DNA of 43,864 bases from a virus (lineage: Duplodnaviria > Caudoviricetes): the IMG/VR virus record IMGVR_UViG_3300049982_000240, positions 1-43,864 of that record. One strand, given 5' to 3'. The notes beneath the pieces were generated by a model. That model searched no databases and was not told the origin of the DNA. It worked only from the letters and a program-made list of their open reading frames with translations. Positions 35,405 to 43,864 of this stretch are shown here, piece by piece (the stretch's first letter is position 1; each line of letters begins with the position of its first letter). The position numbers and the translations under genes were made by a program.

Positions 35405-36964
35405 TCAGAACGTCGCCCCCGCCACCACCGCGGCCTCGCTCGGGGCCTCGGGCTTCGCCGGCTGGCCCGTGAACGCCTGGTCGATCTGCTTCAGGAAGCG
35501 GCCGAGCGCCTGCGTCATCGCGTCAACGTCGTCGTCGTGCTTCCCGTAGGGGAACCGGGAGAGCTCGAGCACCACCGCCTTCACCCAGGGCGCGATCGCG
35601 GGGTGGGGCAACCAGACGTTGCCCGCCTCGATCATCGGGGTGATCGCCCAGGCGCGGCTCACCTTCGACCCTTCCGGTTCCACCGCGACGAGGCCGGGCA
35701 CCTTCGAGCGGAGCTGCGAGATCACCGCCGGTCCGTTGGCCTTGTCCTCGACCAGCTTCAGCATCGCCTCGGGGTGCGCCTTGGTCATCTCGGTGACCGC
35801 CGTGATCGTCTTCGTGAACTCCATCACGCCGTGCTTCCGGTCGCGCAGGTAGCAGTCCGCGCCGAGGCGTGACCAGAAGTGGCCGGCCACGTTGTCAGCG
35901 CCGGTCGTGTCCTTGAAGGTCATGTCCCACGACTGCAGGTGCCCGTTGAAAACGTCGGGCAGGAAGGGCACGCCCGCGATCGGGTGATCCTTGGTCGTGT
36001 AGTAGCGCAGCTGCTCGGTGTCGAAGATGAGCCCCTTCGCCGGTGTCGGCGCCTGCTGGAACAGCGAGGCGAAGCTGCGCTCGCCGAGCACGCGGCGGAT
36101 CTTGGCGAGCGCCTCCTCGTCGTACCGCTCCGGGCAGAGCGCGGCGCCTGGCGCGCGGCCGAGCGGATCGCCCACCTCGGCCAGCGCCGGCAGGGTGATC
36201 ACCGTCCACTCGCTGGCGTCCTCGCTGGCGAGGATGCGGCCGACCAGGTCGTCCTCGTGCCAGCGGGTCATGGTGAGGATGATCGCGCCGCCCGGCTCGA
36301 GGCGGGTATACAGGTCGTCGGTGTACCACTCCCAGACGCGATCGCGGTAGGCGACCGACTCGGCCTCCTCGCGCGACTTCACCGGGTCGTCGATGATGAT
36401 CAGGTCACCGCCCTGGCCGGTGATGCCGCCGCCCACACCGACCGCGCGGACCCCGCCGCCCTCGGTCGTCTCCCAGTCGTCGACCGCCTTCCGGTCGTCG
36501 CTCAGCTCGAGCCGCTCCTTCGCGATCCGGCGCGCCTTCCGGCTGAACTTCGAGGCGAGCGTGGCGTTGTACGCCCCGATGATCACCCGCATCGAGGGGT
36601 CGAGCTCGAGCCGGTAGATCGGGTAGCGGACGGTGCCCTTCTCGCTCTTCCCGTGGCGCGGCGGCACCTGGAGGATCACGCGCTTCAGCTCCCCCGACGT
36701 CACCCGGTCGAGGATCGAGTCGATGTACCGCAGGTGCGCCCACTCCCAGTGCCATGCTGGCGTCACCATCTGGCAGTACCGCTGCATGCCGATCGGCGCG
36801 CCGTCCTCGTCGCGGACCGTCGGCCGGGTCGGCTGCGGCGCCCGCTCCTCGGCCGGGAAGAGCGGGCGCGTCGCCGCCTGCAGGCCTTCGAGCACGACCG
36901 CCTCGGGGCCGCGCCCGAACCGCGGGTGCGCGTCGAGCCTAAAGTCGAATGGTGAGCCAGCCAT
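35405..36964 (-). CDS. terL: Terminase large subunit
   Basis: PPRHGKSE Walker A, LIIIDDP Walker B, MTRWHEDDL, SWD, VEDKANG, HDDDVDAMTQAL. Start uncertain. Confidence 0.95.
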   Translation of the reverse strand: MAGSPFDFRLDAHPRFGRGPEAVVLEGLQAATRPLFPAEERAPQPTRPTVRDEDGAPIGMQRYCQMVTPAWHWEWAHLRYIDSILDRVTSGELKRVILQVPPRHGKSEKGTVRYPIYRLELDPSMRVIIGAYNATLASKFSRKARRIAKERLELSDDRKAVDDWETTEGGGVRAVGVGGGITGQGGDLIIIDDPVKSREEAESVAYRDRVWEWYTDDLYTRLEPGGAIILTMTRWHEDDLVGRILASEDASEWTVITLPALAEVGDPLGRAPGAALCPERYDEEALAKIRRVLGERSFASLFQQAPTPAKGLIFDTEQLRYYTTKDHPIAGVPFLPDVFNGHLQSWDMTFKDTTGADNVAGHFWSRLGADCYLRDRKHGVMEFTKTITAVTEMTKAHPEAMLKLVEDKANGPAVISQLRSKVPGLVAVEPEGSKVSRAWAITPMIEAGNVWLPHPAIAPWVKAVVLELSRFPYGKHDDDVDAMTQALGRFLKQIDQAFTGQPAKPEAPSEAAVVAGATF

Positions 36965-37721
36965 CGCGGATCCGGTTGAGGATGTCGGGGTCCGTGACGT
37001 GCGCCTGGACGACGCGACCCATCTCCGTCATCACGCGCAGCAGCTCCGGCCGGCTGATCGCGTTCGTCGCGCGCGCCTGCTCGACCCGCGCGACCATCTT
37101 GCTGATCACATCGAGGTGCCCGACCGCGTCGGAGATGTCGACGATCTTGCGCGGCTTCGGCGCCTGCTCCGTGGCGAGGAAGGCGACCGCGGCGCGCGCG
37201 AGCTCGAGCTGCTCGGCCTGGCGGTCGGTCGGGTCGTCGCGTTCCTTGAGCAGCAGCTCGTGCTCGTCGATCAGGGCAAGCAGCGCCGCCTTCTCCGACA
37301 GCGCGATCGGGATGCGCCGGCCGTCCCACGTGTCGTGCCACGCGGTGAGCGCCGCGGTCAGTTCCTCGTACCGCTCGACGAAGTCCTGAAACAACGCCCG
37401 CGCCGCGGCGATCTCGGGGAGGACGTTGAGCGGATCCTCGTCCTGCAGGTGGGACGTGATCAGCGCCCCAATGCGCTCGGCGTTCACGGTGCTGTACCGG
37501 GCGCCCTTCACGCGCGCGTCGCCGTCGATCTTCTGGCCACCATGGAGGAAGCAGCGGCCGATGCCCTTGTGGGAGGTGCCCTGGCCGGCGCGCGAGCGGC
37601 AGTACTTGCTCCGCTTGCTGTTCCAGCCGCGGCAGTAGTAGTTCGGCTCGAGCTTCCCCTGGAACATGTCGGGGATGGTGCGGTCGGTCGAGGCGACGAC
37701 CACGGCTCCGCGCTTGGTCAC
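36939..37721 (-). CDS. Terminase small subunit candidate
   Basis: C...C..RAG.GT.H.G.GRC.LHGG N-terminal Zn motif; directly upstream of terL; GTG coupled to the upstream stop. Confidence 0.65.
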   Translation of the reverse strand: MTKRGAVVVASTDRTIPDMFQGKLEPNYYCRGWNSKRSKYCRSRAGQGTSHKGIGRCFLHGGQKIDGDARVKGARYSTVNAERIGALITSHLQDEDPLNVLPEIAAARALFQDFVERYEELTAALTAWHDTWDGRRIPIALSEKAALLALIDEHELLLKERDDPTDRQAEQLELARAAVAFLATEQAPKPRKIVDISDAVGHLDVISKMVARVEQARATNAISRPELLRVMTEMGRVVQAHVTDPDILNRIRDGWLTIRL

Positions 37722-37942
37722 TCGCGCACCGCCTCGTACGCGTTCCACGCCTTGCAGTCCTGGCACTTCACCCAGATCAGACCGTCGGGCGTCGCCGGCG
37801 CGCGCTCGGCGACTTGGACGAAGGTGACCTCGGATTGCGGGTAGCCGAGGAAGCGCCCGCAGAGGCGCTCGCCGCGGGTGCTGTGGCAGTGCATCCGCGC
37901 GACGGGCTGCGGAGCCGGTGATCGAAGAGCAGCAGCGCTCAT
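37718..37942 (-). CDS. Com-like Zn-finger protein
   Basis: HC...LCGRFLG...WVKCQDCKAWN resembles the Mu Com pattern. Confidence 0.6.
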   Translation of the reverse strand: MSAAALRSPAPQPVARMHCHSTRGERLCGRFLGYPQSEVTFVQVAERAPATPDGLIWVKCQDCKAWNAYEAVRE

Positions 37943-38433
37943 GCGCTCCGTCGTGAGGGTTCGGCGGGGAGACTGATGAGGAGATCGCCGACGGTGCGGG
38001 CGGCGATGCCCTGGCTGATCAGCCACTCGAAGAGATCCTGATCGGTGCCCAGCACGTACGGGACGCCGCACGCCCGGCACCATTCCTGGTACTGGCACTG
38101 CGCCGGCGACTGGCGCCCCGTCGCGGTCTTCGCCTCCCACTTGAGGAAGATCCCGCGCCCCGGGTGGAAGTACTCGCGATCGGGGATGCCGGGCGTCTGC
38201 TTCGACTCACGCGGCTGCGAGAAGTTCACCGCGACGAATCCCAGCGCGCGCAGCTGCTTGTCGGCCGCGGCGACGATGCGCTTCTCGTCGCGCGCGTCGT
38301 CGGCCTCGAGCTGCTCGGTGGTGCGGACGTCAGGGATCCCGAGCTCGGCGCGTGCGCGGGCGAGCGCCTTCTCGCGCGGGACGCCGGCGCGGATGAGGCC
38401 CTCGGCGAGCGCCTCGGCGGACAGGCCGCTCAC
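37939..38433 (-). CDS. VRR-NUC (PD-D/ExK) nuclease
   Basis: EKRI...TPGIPD...WEAKTATGRQSPAQ. Confidence 0.8.
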   Translation of the reverse strand: MSGLSAEALAEGLIRAGVPREKALARARAELGIPDVRTTEQLEADDARDEKRIVAAADKQLRALGFVAVNFSQPRESKQTPGIPDREYFHPGRGIFLKWEAKTATGRQSPAQCQYQEWCRACGVPYVLGTDQDLFEWLISQGIAARTVGDLLISLPAEPSRRSA

Positions 38434-38561
38434 TGGCGTACCCCGCACGTCTTGCAGTAGCCGTAGCCGCACGTGATGGCGATCCCGCGGAACCAGCGGA
38501 ACTCAATGCCGCGAGTCCACCGGTGTCCGATGACGCGGCAGGTCAGCTGCCGGAGGCTCAT
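38430..38561 (-). CDS. Small Zn-binding protein (DUF1660-like)
   Basis: LTCRVIGHRW...CKTCG. Confidence 0.6.
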   Translation of the reverse strand: MSLRQLTCRVIGHRWTRGIEFRWFRGIAITCGYGYCKTCGVRQ

Positions 38562-38662
38562 GAGCGCCTCCGGTCGGACGCTGCCTGGCAGAGCGCGACG
38601 ACGAAGACGCCGACGAACGTGCCGGCGACGAGGAACGCGTACCGGATCAGCCACTCACGCAT
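38558..38662 (-). CDS. Small membrane peptide (DUF3789-like), not in the ORF track
   Basis: MREWLIRYAFLVAGTFVGVFVVALCQAASDRRRS; GGAGG RBS; coupled. Confidence 0.6.
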   Translation of the reverse strand: MREWLIRYAFLVAGTFVGVFVVALCQAASDRRRS

Positions 38663-39038
38663 GGGGGCCTCCCTCGCCTGCTGGCGCGGTGTAGCGGTCG
38701 CTCGCGGTGATGCGGACGGAGCCGAGCGCGGCCAGCCCGCCCATCAGCACGGCGCTCGTATGCACGGCGTCGCGCTCGTCGAGGTTGACCAGCAGGTCCA
38801 CGCCGGACTTGTGCGTGCTCAGGATGCAGAGCCGAAGGCGGTCGCTCGGGACCGGCGCGCTGTCCGTCTGGCCGCAGCACATGTAGCTCTCGTAGCCGGG
38901 CGAGGCGATGCGGGAGAGCGGGGCGCAGTCCCGTAGCGCCCGCGGGCAACCAGGCGGGTCGTAGATCCCGCCGTCGTGGAGGGTCACCCCCTCCCGCTCG
39001 CGCGTCCCTGTCGTCGCGGCGTTCGGGCTATCGGGCAT
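38655..39038 (-). CDS. Cys-containing hypothetical protein
   Basis: GGAGGA RBS before the ATG at 39038. Confidence 0.65.
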   Translation of the reverse strand: MPDSPNAATTGTREREGVTLHDGGIYDPPGCPRALRDCAPLSRIASPGYESYMCCGQTDSAPVPSDRLRLCILSTHKSGVDLLVNLDERDAVHTSAVLMGGLAALGSVRITASDRYTAPAGEGGPHA

Positions 39039-40308
39039 CGGGGCGGTCCTCCGGGTGGGGGGCGAGCGCGGCGCGGAGGGCCTCGTCAATCCAGCGATCC
39101 AGCACGTTCGGGTGAACCCCTTCGTGCTGCCCCTGCCGCCCACGGTGCAGCATCACACGCAAAGCGGCGATTACTGCCTCCCGCTCCCGCTCGGCGGCGA
39201 GGAGACGGGATTCCAGCGCGGCGACGGTGGCCTCGTAGCGGCGAAGGCGGACCACGTTGGGCAACGAGGAGGGGCGGTCGTGCTCGGGAATCTCGCGCAG
39301 CCACCCGATGATCTCCGCGCGGTCGGCGGCGGTTAGCGGCTCCGGCTCGCCTGTCTCGCCGCTGGGCGCGCGAACTTTGAACACGCTGGCGACGTGCGCG
39401 CGGGCGTGGGACAGGCTGCACTCGATCGAGGCGTTGATCGCAGCAACATGGGGTTCGACCGCGGGAGTCTCGCCGCTGGGCGGGGAGAGAGGGCGACGAG
39501 CGCGGCAGGCCGGGCAATGCGGTCGGGACCACGGATGCACGCTCCCGTCCGAGCACTGACGGCACGTCCACGGCGCGCCGGTCTCGCCGCTGGGTGGGGC
39601 AGGAATGCAGTAGCCAACACCGTGCAACTGCGCGGGAACCGTGTGGATGCGCGGGTCGTGAATGCTGTAGATGGTCAGCGTCTTTTCGCAGAACTCGCAG
39701 ACGCGCGTGCGAGGTTCCGGCGTCGTCGTCCCGTCTCCCGCTGGTGTCGGGGTGAACACCGAGCCGTCCACGCCCGATCCTGCGCGACACCACTGGGAGA
39801 GTCCCTCATAGTGGGACGCCTCATCGTACCCGCAGTGAATACAGATCGGCGTCGTCGCGGTCGGTCCCGCGCCCGCTGGGGAGCCATCGAACGGGCCGAA
39901 CGCGGGCGGTACGTCTCGCGGTCCCTCAGCGGCGGGCCAGCCGTGCTCGTCGACGTAATCGGACACCTTGTCCATCGCCTTGCCGAGCAGGATGACCGCT
40001 TCGGTCAGCCGCACGTCGGCGGGACCGTGATCCACGAACGTTCGCGCCTCCGCGATCACACGCTCGGCTGGCGAGTAGAGGTCGATACGGTTGCGACGTG
40101 GCCACCCGTCCACCATCAACGGCTTCTGCGGCGCGGGTTCGGGCTGCGGCTTGTCCGAGACATAGCGTCCGCACGCAACGCACTTTCGGTCGAGCGTCAC
40201 GCGCACGACGGTCTTGCCCGTCTGGCACGCGGGGCATCGCGTCTCTCCGTCCCGTGCGTCGATCGCGGGCGGCACGTCGCCCCGGCGGAACGCCTCGTCA
40301 GCGCCCAT
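39028..40308 (-). CDS. Mosaic protein with several Zn-ribbon modules and repeated linkers
   Basis: CPAC/CVAC, CIHC, CEFC, CRQC/CPAC, separated by PSGET or DVPPA linkers. GGGAGG RBS. Confidence 0.75.
   Translation of the reverse strand: MGADEAFRRGDVPPAIDARDGETRCPACQTGKTVVRVTLDRKCVACGRYVSDKPQPEPAPQKPLMVDGWPRRNRIDLYSPAERVIAEARTFVDHGPADVRLTEAVILLGKAMDKVSDYVDEHGWPAAEGPRDVPPAFGPFDGSPAGAGPTATTPICIHCGYDEASHYEGLSQWCRAGSGVDGSVFTPTPAGDGTTTPEPRTRVCEFCEKTLTIYSIHDPRIHTVPAQLHGVGYCIPAPPSGETGAPWTCRQCSDGSVHPWSRPHCPACRARRPLSPPSGETPAVEPHVAAINASIECSLSHARAHVASVFKVRAPSGETGEPEPLTAADRAEIIGWLREIPEHDRPSSLPNVVRLRRYEATVAALESRLLAAEREREAVIAALRVMLHRGRQGQHEGVHPNVLDRWIDEALRAALAPHPEDRPDAR
39353..39594. repeat. Three exact 14-bp direct repeats (GTCTCGCCGCTGGG) with a 114-bp period
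   Basis: Copies at 39353, 39467 and 39581; degenerate copy near 39733. Confidence 0.85.
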
Positions 40309-41203
40309 CGTTGCCTCCCTCGCTCTGCTGAGGAGACCGAGCGGCTCGGAGCTTTCGAATCTCCTCCCACGCATCGGACAGGTCGCGCGCGCCGATCTTC
40401 TCGTACTGCTTGACCGTGGCGAGGTCGGCCCCCAGCCGGGCGTTCTCCTCCCCCAGTCGCGCGACCTCGGCAGTCAGCCGGGCGTTCTCGGAGGTGAGGG
40501 CGAGGATGCGCTCAGGCCTACACTCGATGGCGAACTCGGACCGCGCCTTCTCGACCGCCTTCCTTGCCGCCTCGAAGGCGCCGCTGTTCGGGTAGCGCTC
40601 CCACACTGCCTTGCTCTCGGCGAGCGCCTTTACCACGCCGCAAGCCGCATTCGTCAGCGTCTCCACCTCCAGCGCGCTCGGGGCCGGGGTGCGAGCGGCG
40701 ACGACGTGTGCGGGGTCTTCTCCGCAGAACACACGGTACTCGGAGGCGAGGTCGCGGGTGCGCAGATAGTCAGCGTATCGCGTCGCCTCGGGCGTGAAGC
40801 TGGGGTCGTGCATGATGCCCATCTCGTTCGCGAAGTCACGCACGGCGGCAATCGCTACTCCCCGCGCAAACTCAGGGGCCTCGCGGGCGGCGTTGGCCTC
40901 GACGTGCCACTGTGCCGCTGCTTCGATCAGGTCGGTGAAAATCGAGTCGGAGTCATCGGCCCGCCTCGGAATGCACATCGTCCAGTCGCGGCCCGCCAGC
41001 CCGCTCTGGGTCATGCGCCCCCGGCCAGCGCACAGCCGCGCCACCTCGTCAGCGGCGCGACGGATGACGTCCGGCACGTTCGTGCACGGCGATTCCCACC
41101 CGCCGTGCACCTTCCCGCAGCAGCGCATCGGTCCGAAGTAGGCCGGTTCGCTGGGGCGCGTGACCGGGATTGCTGCGCCGTGATTCGTCGTCGTCTCGCT
41201 CAT
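40298..41203 (-). CDS. Hypothetical mosaic protein with C-terminal coiled coil
   Basis: GAGGA RBS; coupled. PERILAL motif recalls Ead/Ea22-like proteins. Confidence 0.7.
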   Translation of the reverse strand: MSETTTNHGAAIPVTRPSEPAYFGPMRCCGKVHGGWESPCTNVPDVIRRAADEVARLCAGRGRMTQSGLAGRDWTMCIPRRADDSDSIFTDLIEAAAQWHVEANAAREAPEFARGVAIAAVRDFANEMGIMHDPSFTPEATRYADYLRTRDLASEYRVFCGEDPAHVVAARTPAPSALEVETLTNAACGVVKALAESKAVWERYPNSGAFEAARKAVEKARSEFAIECRPERILALTSENARLTAEVARLGEENARLGADLATVKQYEKIGARDLSDAWEEIRKLRAARSPQQSEGGNDGR

Positions 41204-41601
41204 CGGTCCGTCCTCGGCAGCTCAAGCTGCGTCATGGGGTTGCCGGCCGCGCGTTTCGCCTCACGGGCTGCCTCGCGCTTCGCCGTGTTGAAGGCCCTGG
41301 CCCGCTCGCGCGCACCGCTCGGCCGCGGCTGGCGCGCCGGGATCCGGCCAGGGCCGAGCGTCTCGCGCCGCTCCGACTCGAGCGCGAGCATCGCCCGGAC
41401 GAGCACCGCGGGGCCGTACGTGGCCCGCGCGCGCTGCCGCGCGGTCTGCTCGTCAGGCGCCTCGATGACGCCGAGCTCCGTCGGCGCGCCGAGCGGAAAC
41501 CGGTCACGCATGACCATCCACCGGACCTCGGTCACACGACCTCCGGGGACAGTTGCGGACAGTGCGGACCCCGTTTCGGGGTTTTCCTTGCGTGTGCGCA
41601 C
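41200..41601 (-). CDS. Hypothetical protein (start uncertain; 5' part overlaps ori repeats)
   Basis: Coupled to the downstream gene; protein-like from about 41520. Confidence 0.5.
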   Translation of the reverse strand: MRTRKENPETGSALSATVPGGRVTEVRWMVMRDRFPLGAPTELGVIEAPDEQTARQRARATYGPAVLVRAMLALESERRETLGPGRIPARQPRPSGARERARAFNTAKREAAREAKRAAGNPMTQLELPRTDR

Positions 41602-41690
41602 ATGCGCGAGATTACCTGTACAAGTGTCCTAACTGTCCCTTACTGTCCCCCGAAGAGATTTCAGGGGTGTGAGGGACGGTTGGGGACAGT
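41545..41690. repeat. Candidate replication origin (GGACAGT iterons)
   Basis: GGACAGT copies at about 41547 and 41557; inverted copies at 41623, 41632 and 41642; further copies at 41674 and 41684. Locally AT-richer and downstream of the helicase. Confidence 0.65.
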
Positions 41691-42031
41691 GAATGAGGGT
41701 GCCGATGTGCTGTGGTGGTGTCGCGCTTCGTGACAACAGCACGCGCATCGCCACACACATCGGCCGATTTGCACCACGGGCAGAGACGCTCGGATGCGTG
41801 CACGAACTCGGCGTCGCAGCCCTGGCAGGGGGCGATCTCGCGGCCCAGCTCGACGCGGAGGCCACGCCGAATCGCGCCGATCAGCTCCGGCTTGAAGCGG
41901 GTGAGCATCGCGTGGAGCGCCGGCGTGACGGCCGCGCGTGGGGTCGCGATCAGGCTCGTCGACGACGGCGCGTTCAGGGTCACCCCGGCGGCGCTGAGCG
42001 CCTCGCAGAGGGCACGGGCGGAGTGGCTCAT
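41612..42031 (-). CDS. TubC-N docking-domain-like protein with Zn ribbon
   Basis: L..L.AAGVTL...L...P...TPAL...L..FKPELI, plus CQGC/CPWC. Confidence 0.6.
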   Translation of the reverse strand: MSHSARALCEALSAAGVTLNAPSSTSLIATPRAAVTPALHAMLTRFKPELIGAIRRGLRVELGREIAPCQGCDAEFVHASERLCPWCKSADVCGDARAVVTKRDTTTAHRHPHSLSPTVPHTPEISSGDSKGQLGHLYR

Positions 42032-43482
42032 ACGGTGAGGCTCTCCTGCCCCTCGACGCGCGCTGGCGCGCTCTCACGCGTCGTGGTGCGCGCGTAGAGC
42101 GGCAGCTCGGTGATGAGGCGAATGCCGACGCGGACCTTCTTGCCGTGGCTCTTCTTCGCCACGATCCCGCGCTCCGTCAGGGCGTTCCCGAACGCCGTCT
42201 GCTTCTGCTGGAACTCGCCGCCGGCGTTGCACCAGGCGACGTACGCCTGATACAGCGTCGAGGCGCTCTCCTGGTAGGACGGCATGCCGACCTCGCAGCA
42301 GTCCTCCAGGAAGGCGCCGAGGATGTCGGAGTCGCGCCGGTACTGCTCCGTCGCCTCGTGCACCGCCGCGGCCGTCCCGAGGCCGTCCCGATGCCACTTG
42401 AGGCACCCCTGCACGGCCCACGCGAGGATGCCGGGCAGCTCGGCGACGAGCTTGTCGAACAGATCGTCGTCGCGCTCCTCGTCGGAGATCCGGACCGAGA
42501 ACGGGATGAGCCGGATGCGGTCCCAGATGCCCTGGTCGGTGCCGCGGATCACTGGCCGGTGGTTGGCCGCGATCCACAGCTTGAACGCCGGCTTGAACTC
42601 GAAGTGCTCGGCGTGGAGGAAGCGCGCCGTCACCGTCTCATCGCCGATCAGGGTCTTCGTCAGCGACTCGTTCAGGCGCTTCCCCTCGCCCACCTCCGAG
42701 CTCGTGACGAGGCGGGTGCCGACCAGGCGCGCAATGTCGTTCCGCGGCCCATCGCTCTTCTTCTCGAGGAACGTCGTGAAGTCGGCCTGCGCCGAGTAGC
42801 CGGCGAGGAGCGCGCGGAGCACCTCGAGGAACTTCGATTTCCCGTTCCGGCCGTGGCCGTAGAGGAAGAAGAAGACGCGCTCGGTGGTGTCGCCGGTGAG
42901 TGAGTAGCCGACCGCGCGCTGCACGAACTCGAGCAGCTCCGGGTCACTCGCGAGCACGCGATCGAGGAAGGCGTGCCAGCGCGGGCACTCCATCACCGAA
43001 TCGTAGAACGTGGGCACGACCTTCGTGATCAGGTCGAGCCGGTCGTGCGGCTTGAGCTCCCCCGTCCGCAGGTCGATCGTCCCGTTCTGGCAGGCGAGCA
43101 GCCAGGGGTCCGCGTCCAGCTGGTCGGTCGTGATCGCGATCCCGGGCTCCGCCTGGACGAGCGAGAGCATCGCGCGGATCTTCCCGTCGCCCTCGGAGCG
43201 CATCATGTGCGCGAACAGCTCCTTCCGTCCCTCCTTCCCCTCGGCGAGCGGCATCTCCTCCAGGATGCCGCGCACGGTGTCCTTCGCCAGGCGGACGACG
43301 CCGAACGTCTCGTCGATCGCCCAGCGCTTGCCGTCCCAGAGGACCCACTTCTTCCACTGGGGCAGGTACCTGACGTTGTGGCCGTGGCGCGCCACGAACC
43401 GCTCGGCGTTGCCGAGATCCGTCCGCGGGTACGGCTTCCGAGCCTGGCCGCCATCGGCCACGGTGAGTGCGACGGACGTCAT
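42028..43482 (-). CDS. P4/D5-family SF3 helicase (D5_N, ATPase and winged helix; no primase domain)
   Basis: TDLGNAERF, WDGKRW, LDADPWLLACQNG..DL, GYSLTG, GHGRNGKS, ARFLH, ANHRP, GIWDRI..IPF. Confidence 0.92.
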   Translation of the reverse strand: MTSVALTVADGGQARKPYPRTDLGNAERFVARHGHNVRYLPQWKKWVLWDGKRWAIDETFGVVRLAKDTVRGILEEMPLAEGKEGRKELFAHMMRSEGDGKIRAMLSLVQAEPGIAITTDQLDADPWLLACQNGTIDLRTGELKPHDRLDLITKVVPTFYDSVMECPRWHAFLDRVLASDPELLEFVQRAVGYSLTGDTTERVFFFLYGHGRNGKSKFLEVLRALLAGYSAQADFTTFLEKKSDGPRNDIARLVGTRLVTSSEVGEGKRLNESLTKTLIGDETVTARFLHAEHFEFKPAFKLWIAANHRPVIRGTDQGIWDRIRLIPFSVRISDEERDDDLFDKLVAELPGILAWAVQGCLKWHRDGLGTAAAVHEATEQYRRDSDILGAFLEDCCEVGMPSYQESASTLYQAYVAWCNAGGEFQQKQTAFGNALTERGIVAKKSHGKKVRVGIRLITELPLYARTTTRESAPARVEGQESLTV

Positions 43483-43829
43483 GCAGCAGCCCCTTGGGCG
43501 ATGGCGAGGTCCCGCTCCCACGTCGCCACGCGCGGCGTGCGCTCGGGCAGCTGGTTGACGAGCGCGAGGACGGTGTCGAGCCGCGGATAGAAGCAGAGGT
43601 CCGCGACGGTGATGGCGTCGACGCGCTCGGCGAGTGATCGCTGCGCGTCGGACGCGAGGACGAGCCCCTCGTCAGACGACGCGAGCTGCGCGACGAGCGA
43701 CCACGCCGCCGGCGAGAGGCGGCGGCGATCGACCTCGGCGAGGATGAGGGCCGCCTCGTCGCGGTGCACGACGGCGCGCGCGACGAGCAGCGACTCGAGG
43801 TGCGCGCGGGAGAGCAGGGGGTGCGTCAT
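43479..43829 (-). CDS. Helical protein coupled to the helicase (possibly DnaB-N-like)
   Basis: The ATG at 43829 overlaps the TGA of the HNH frame. LESLLVARAVVHRDEAALIL pattern. Confidence 0.65.
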   Translation of the reverse strand: MTHPLLSRAHLESLLVARAVVHRDEAALILAEVDRRRLSPAAWSLVAQLASSDEGLVLASDAQRSLAERVDAITVADLCFYPRLDTVLALVNQLPERTPRVATWERDLAIAQGAAA

Positions 43830-43864
43830 GCGGCGCACCCCGGCCGACAGCGCTCAAGCGGACG
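43731..43864. repeat. Right copy of the terminal direct repeat
   Basis: Matches 1-134 with one mismatch. Confidence 0.95.

Noticed and set aside
39353-39594. CRISPR mini-array
   Set aside because: Repeats are only 14 bp, inserts are 100 bp, everything is in frame within a CDS, and no cas genes are present.

Overview
The window looks like a complete circular genome (about 43.7 kb) of a GC-rich temperate tailed phage, probably a siphovirus. Positions 1-134 repeat at 43731-43864 with one mismatch. Almost all lytic genes lie on the - strand. From a sigma70-type promoter at about 9165-9193 the order is: cro-like, cII-position gene, RecT, xis, tyrosine integrase, candidate attP, ASCH-like, two HNH genes, then across the contig join a D5/P4-type SF3 helicase, an iteron-rich ori, Zn-finger genes, VRR-NUC, Com-like, TerS and TerL. 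A second promoter with a highly structured leader precedes a portal/gpF fusion, fibre-like genes, a Mu-like protease/scaffold, cement, major capsid protein, neck, tail tube, frameshifted chaperones, tape measure, Dit, tail tip and lysis genes. The + strand carries only the immunity operon (HTH repressor, ImmA/IrrE protease, lipoprotein, two small genes) and an FkbM-like methyltransferase. Main highlights: (1) the candidate attP lies inside a translationally coupled early operon, so integration would cut the replication genes off from their promoter; (2) a structured late leader may be controlled by a Com-like protein; (3) a GH5-like fibre with an apparently lost nucleophile is paired with a convergent methyltransferase; (4) one HNH frame fully overprints another gene; (5) a cassette-like gene has 14-bp repeats exactly 114 bp apart. 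All product calls come from recognising motifs and synteny by eye; no searches were run.
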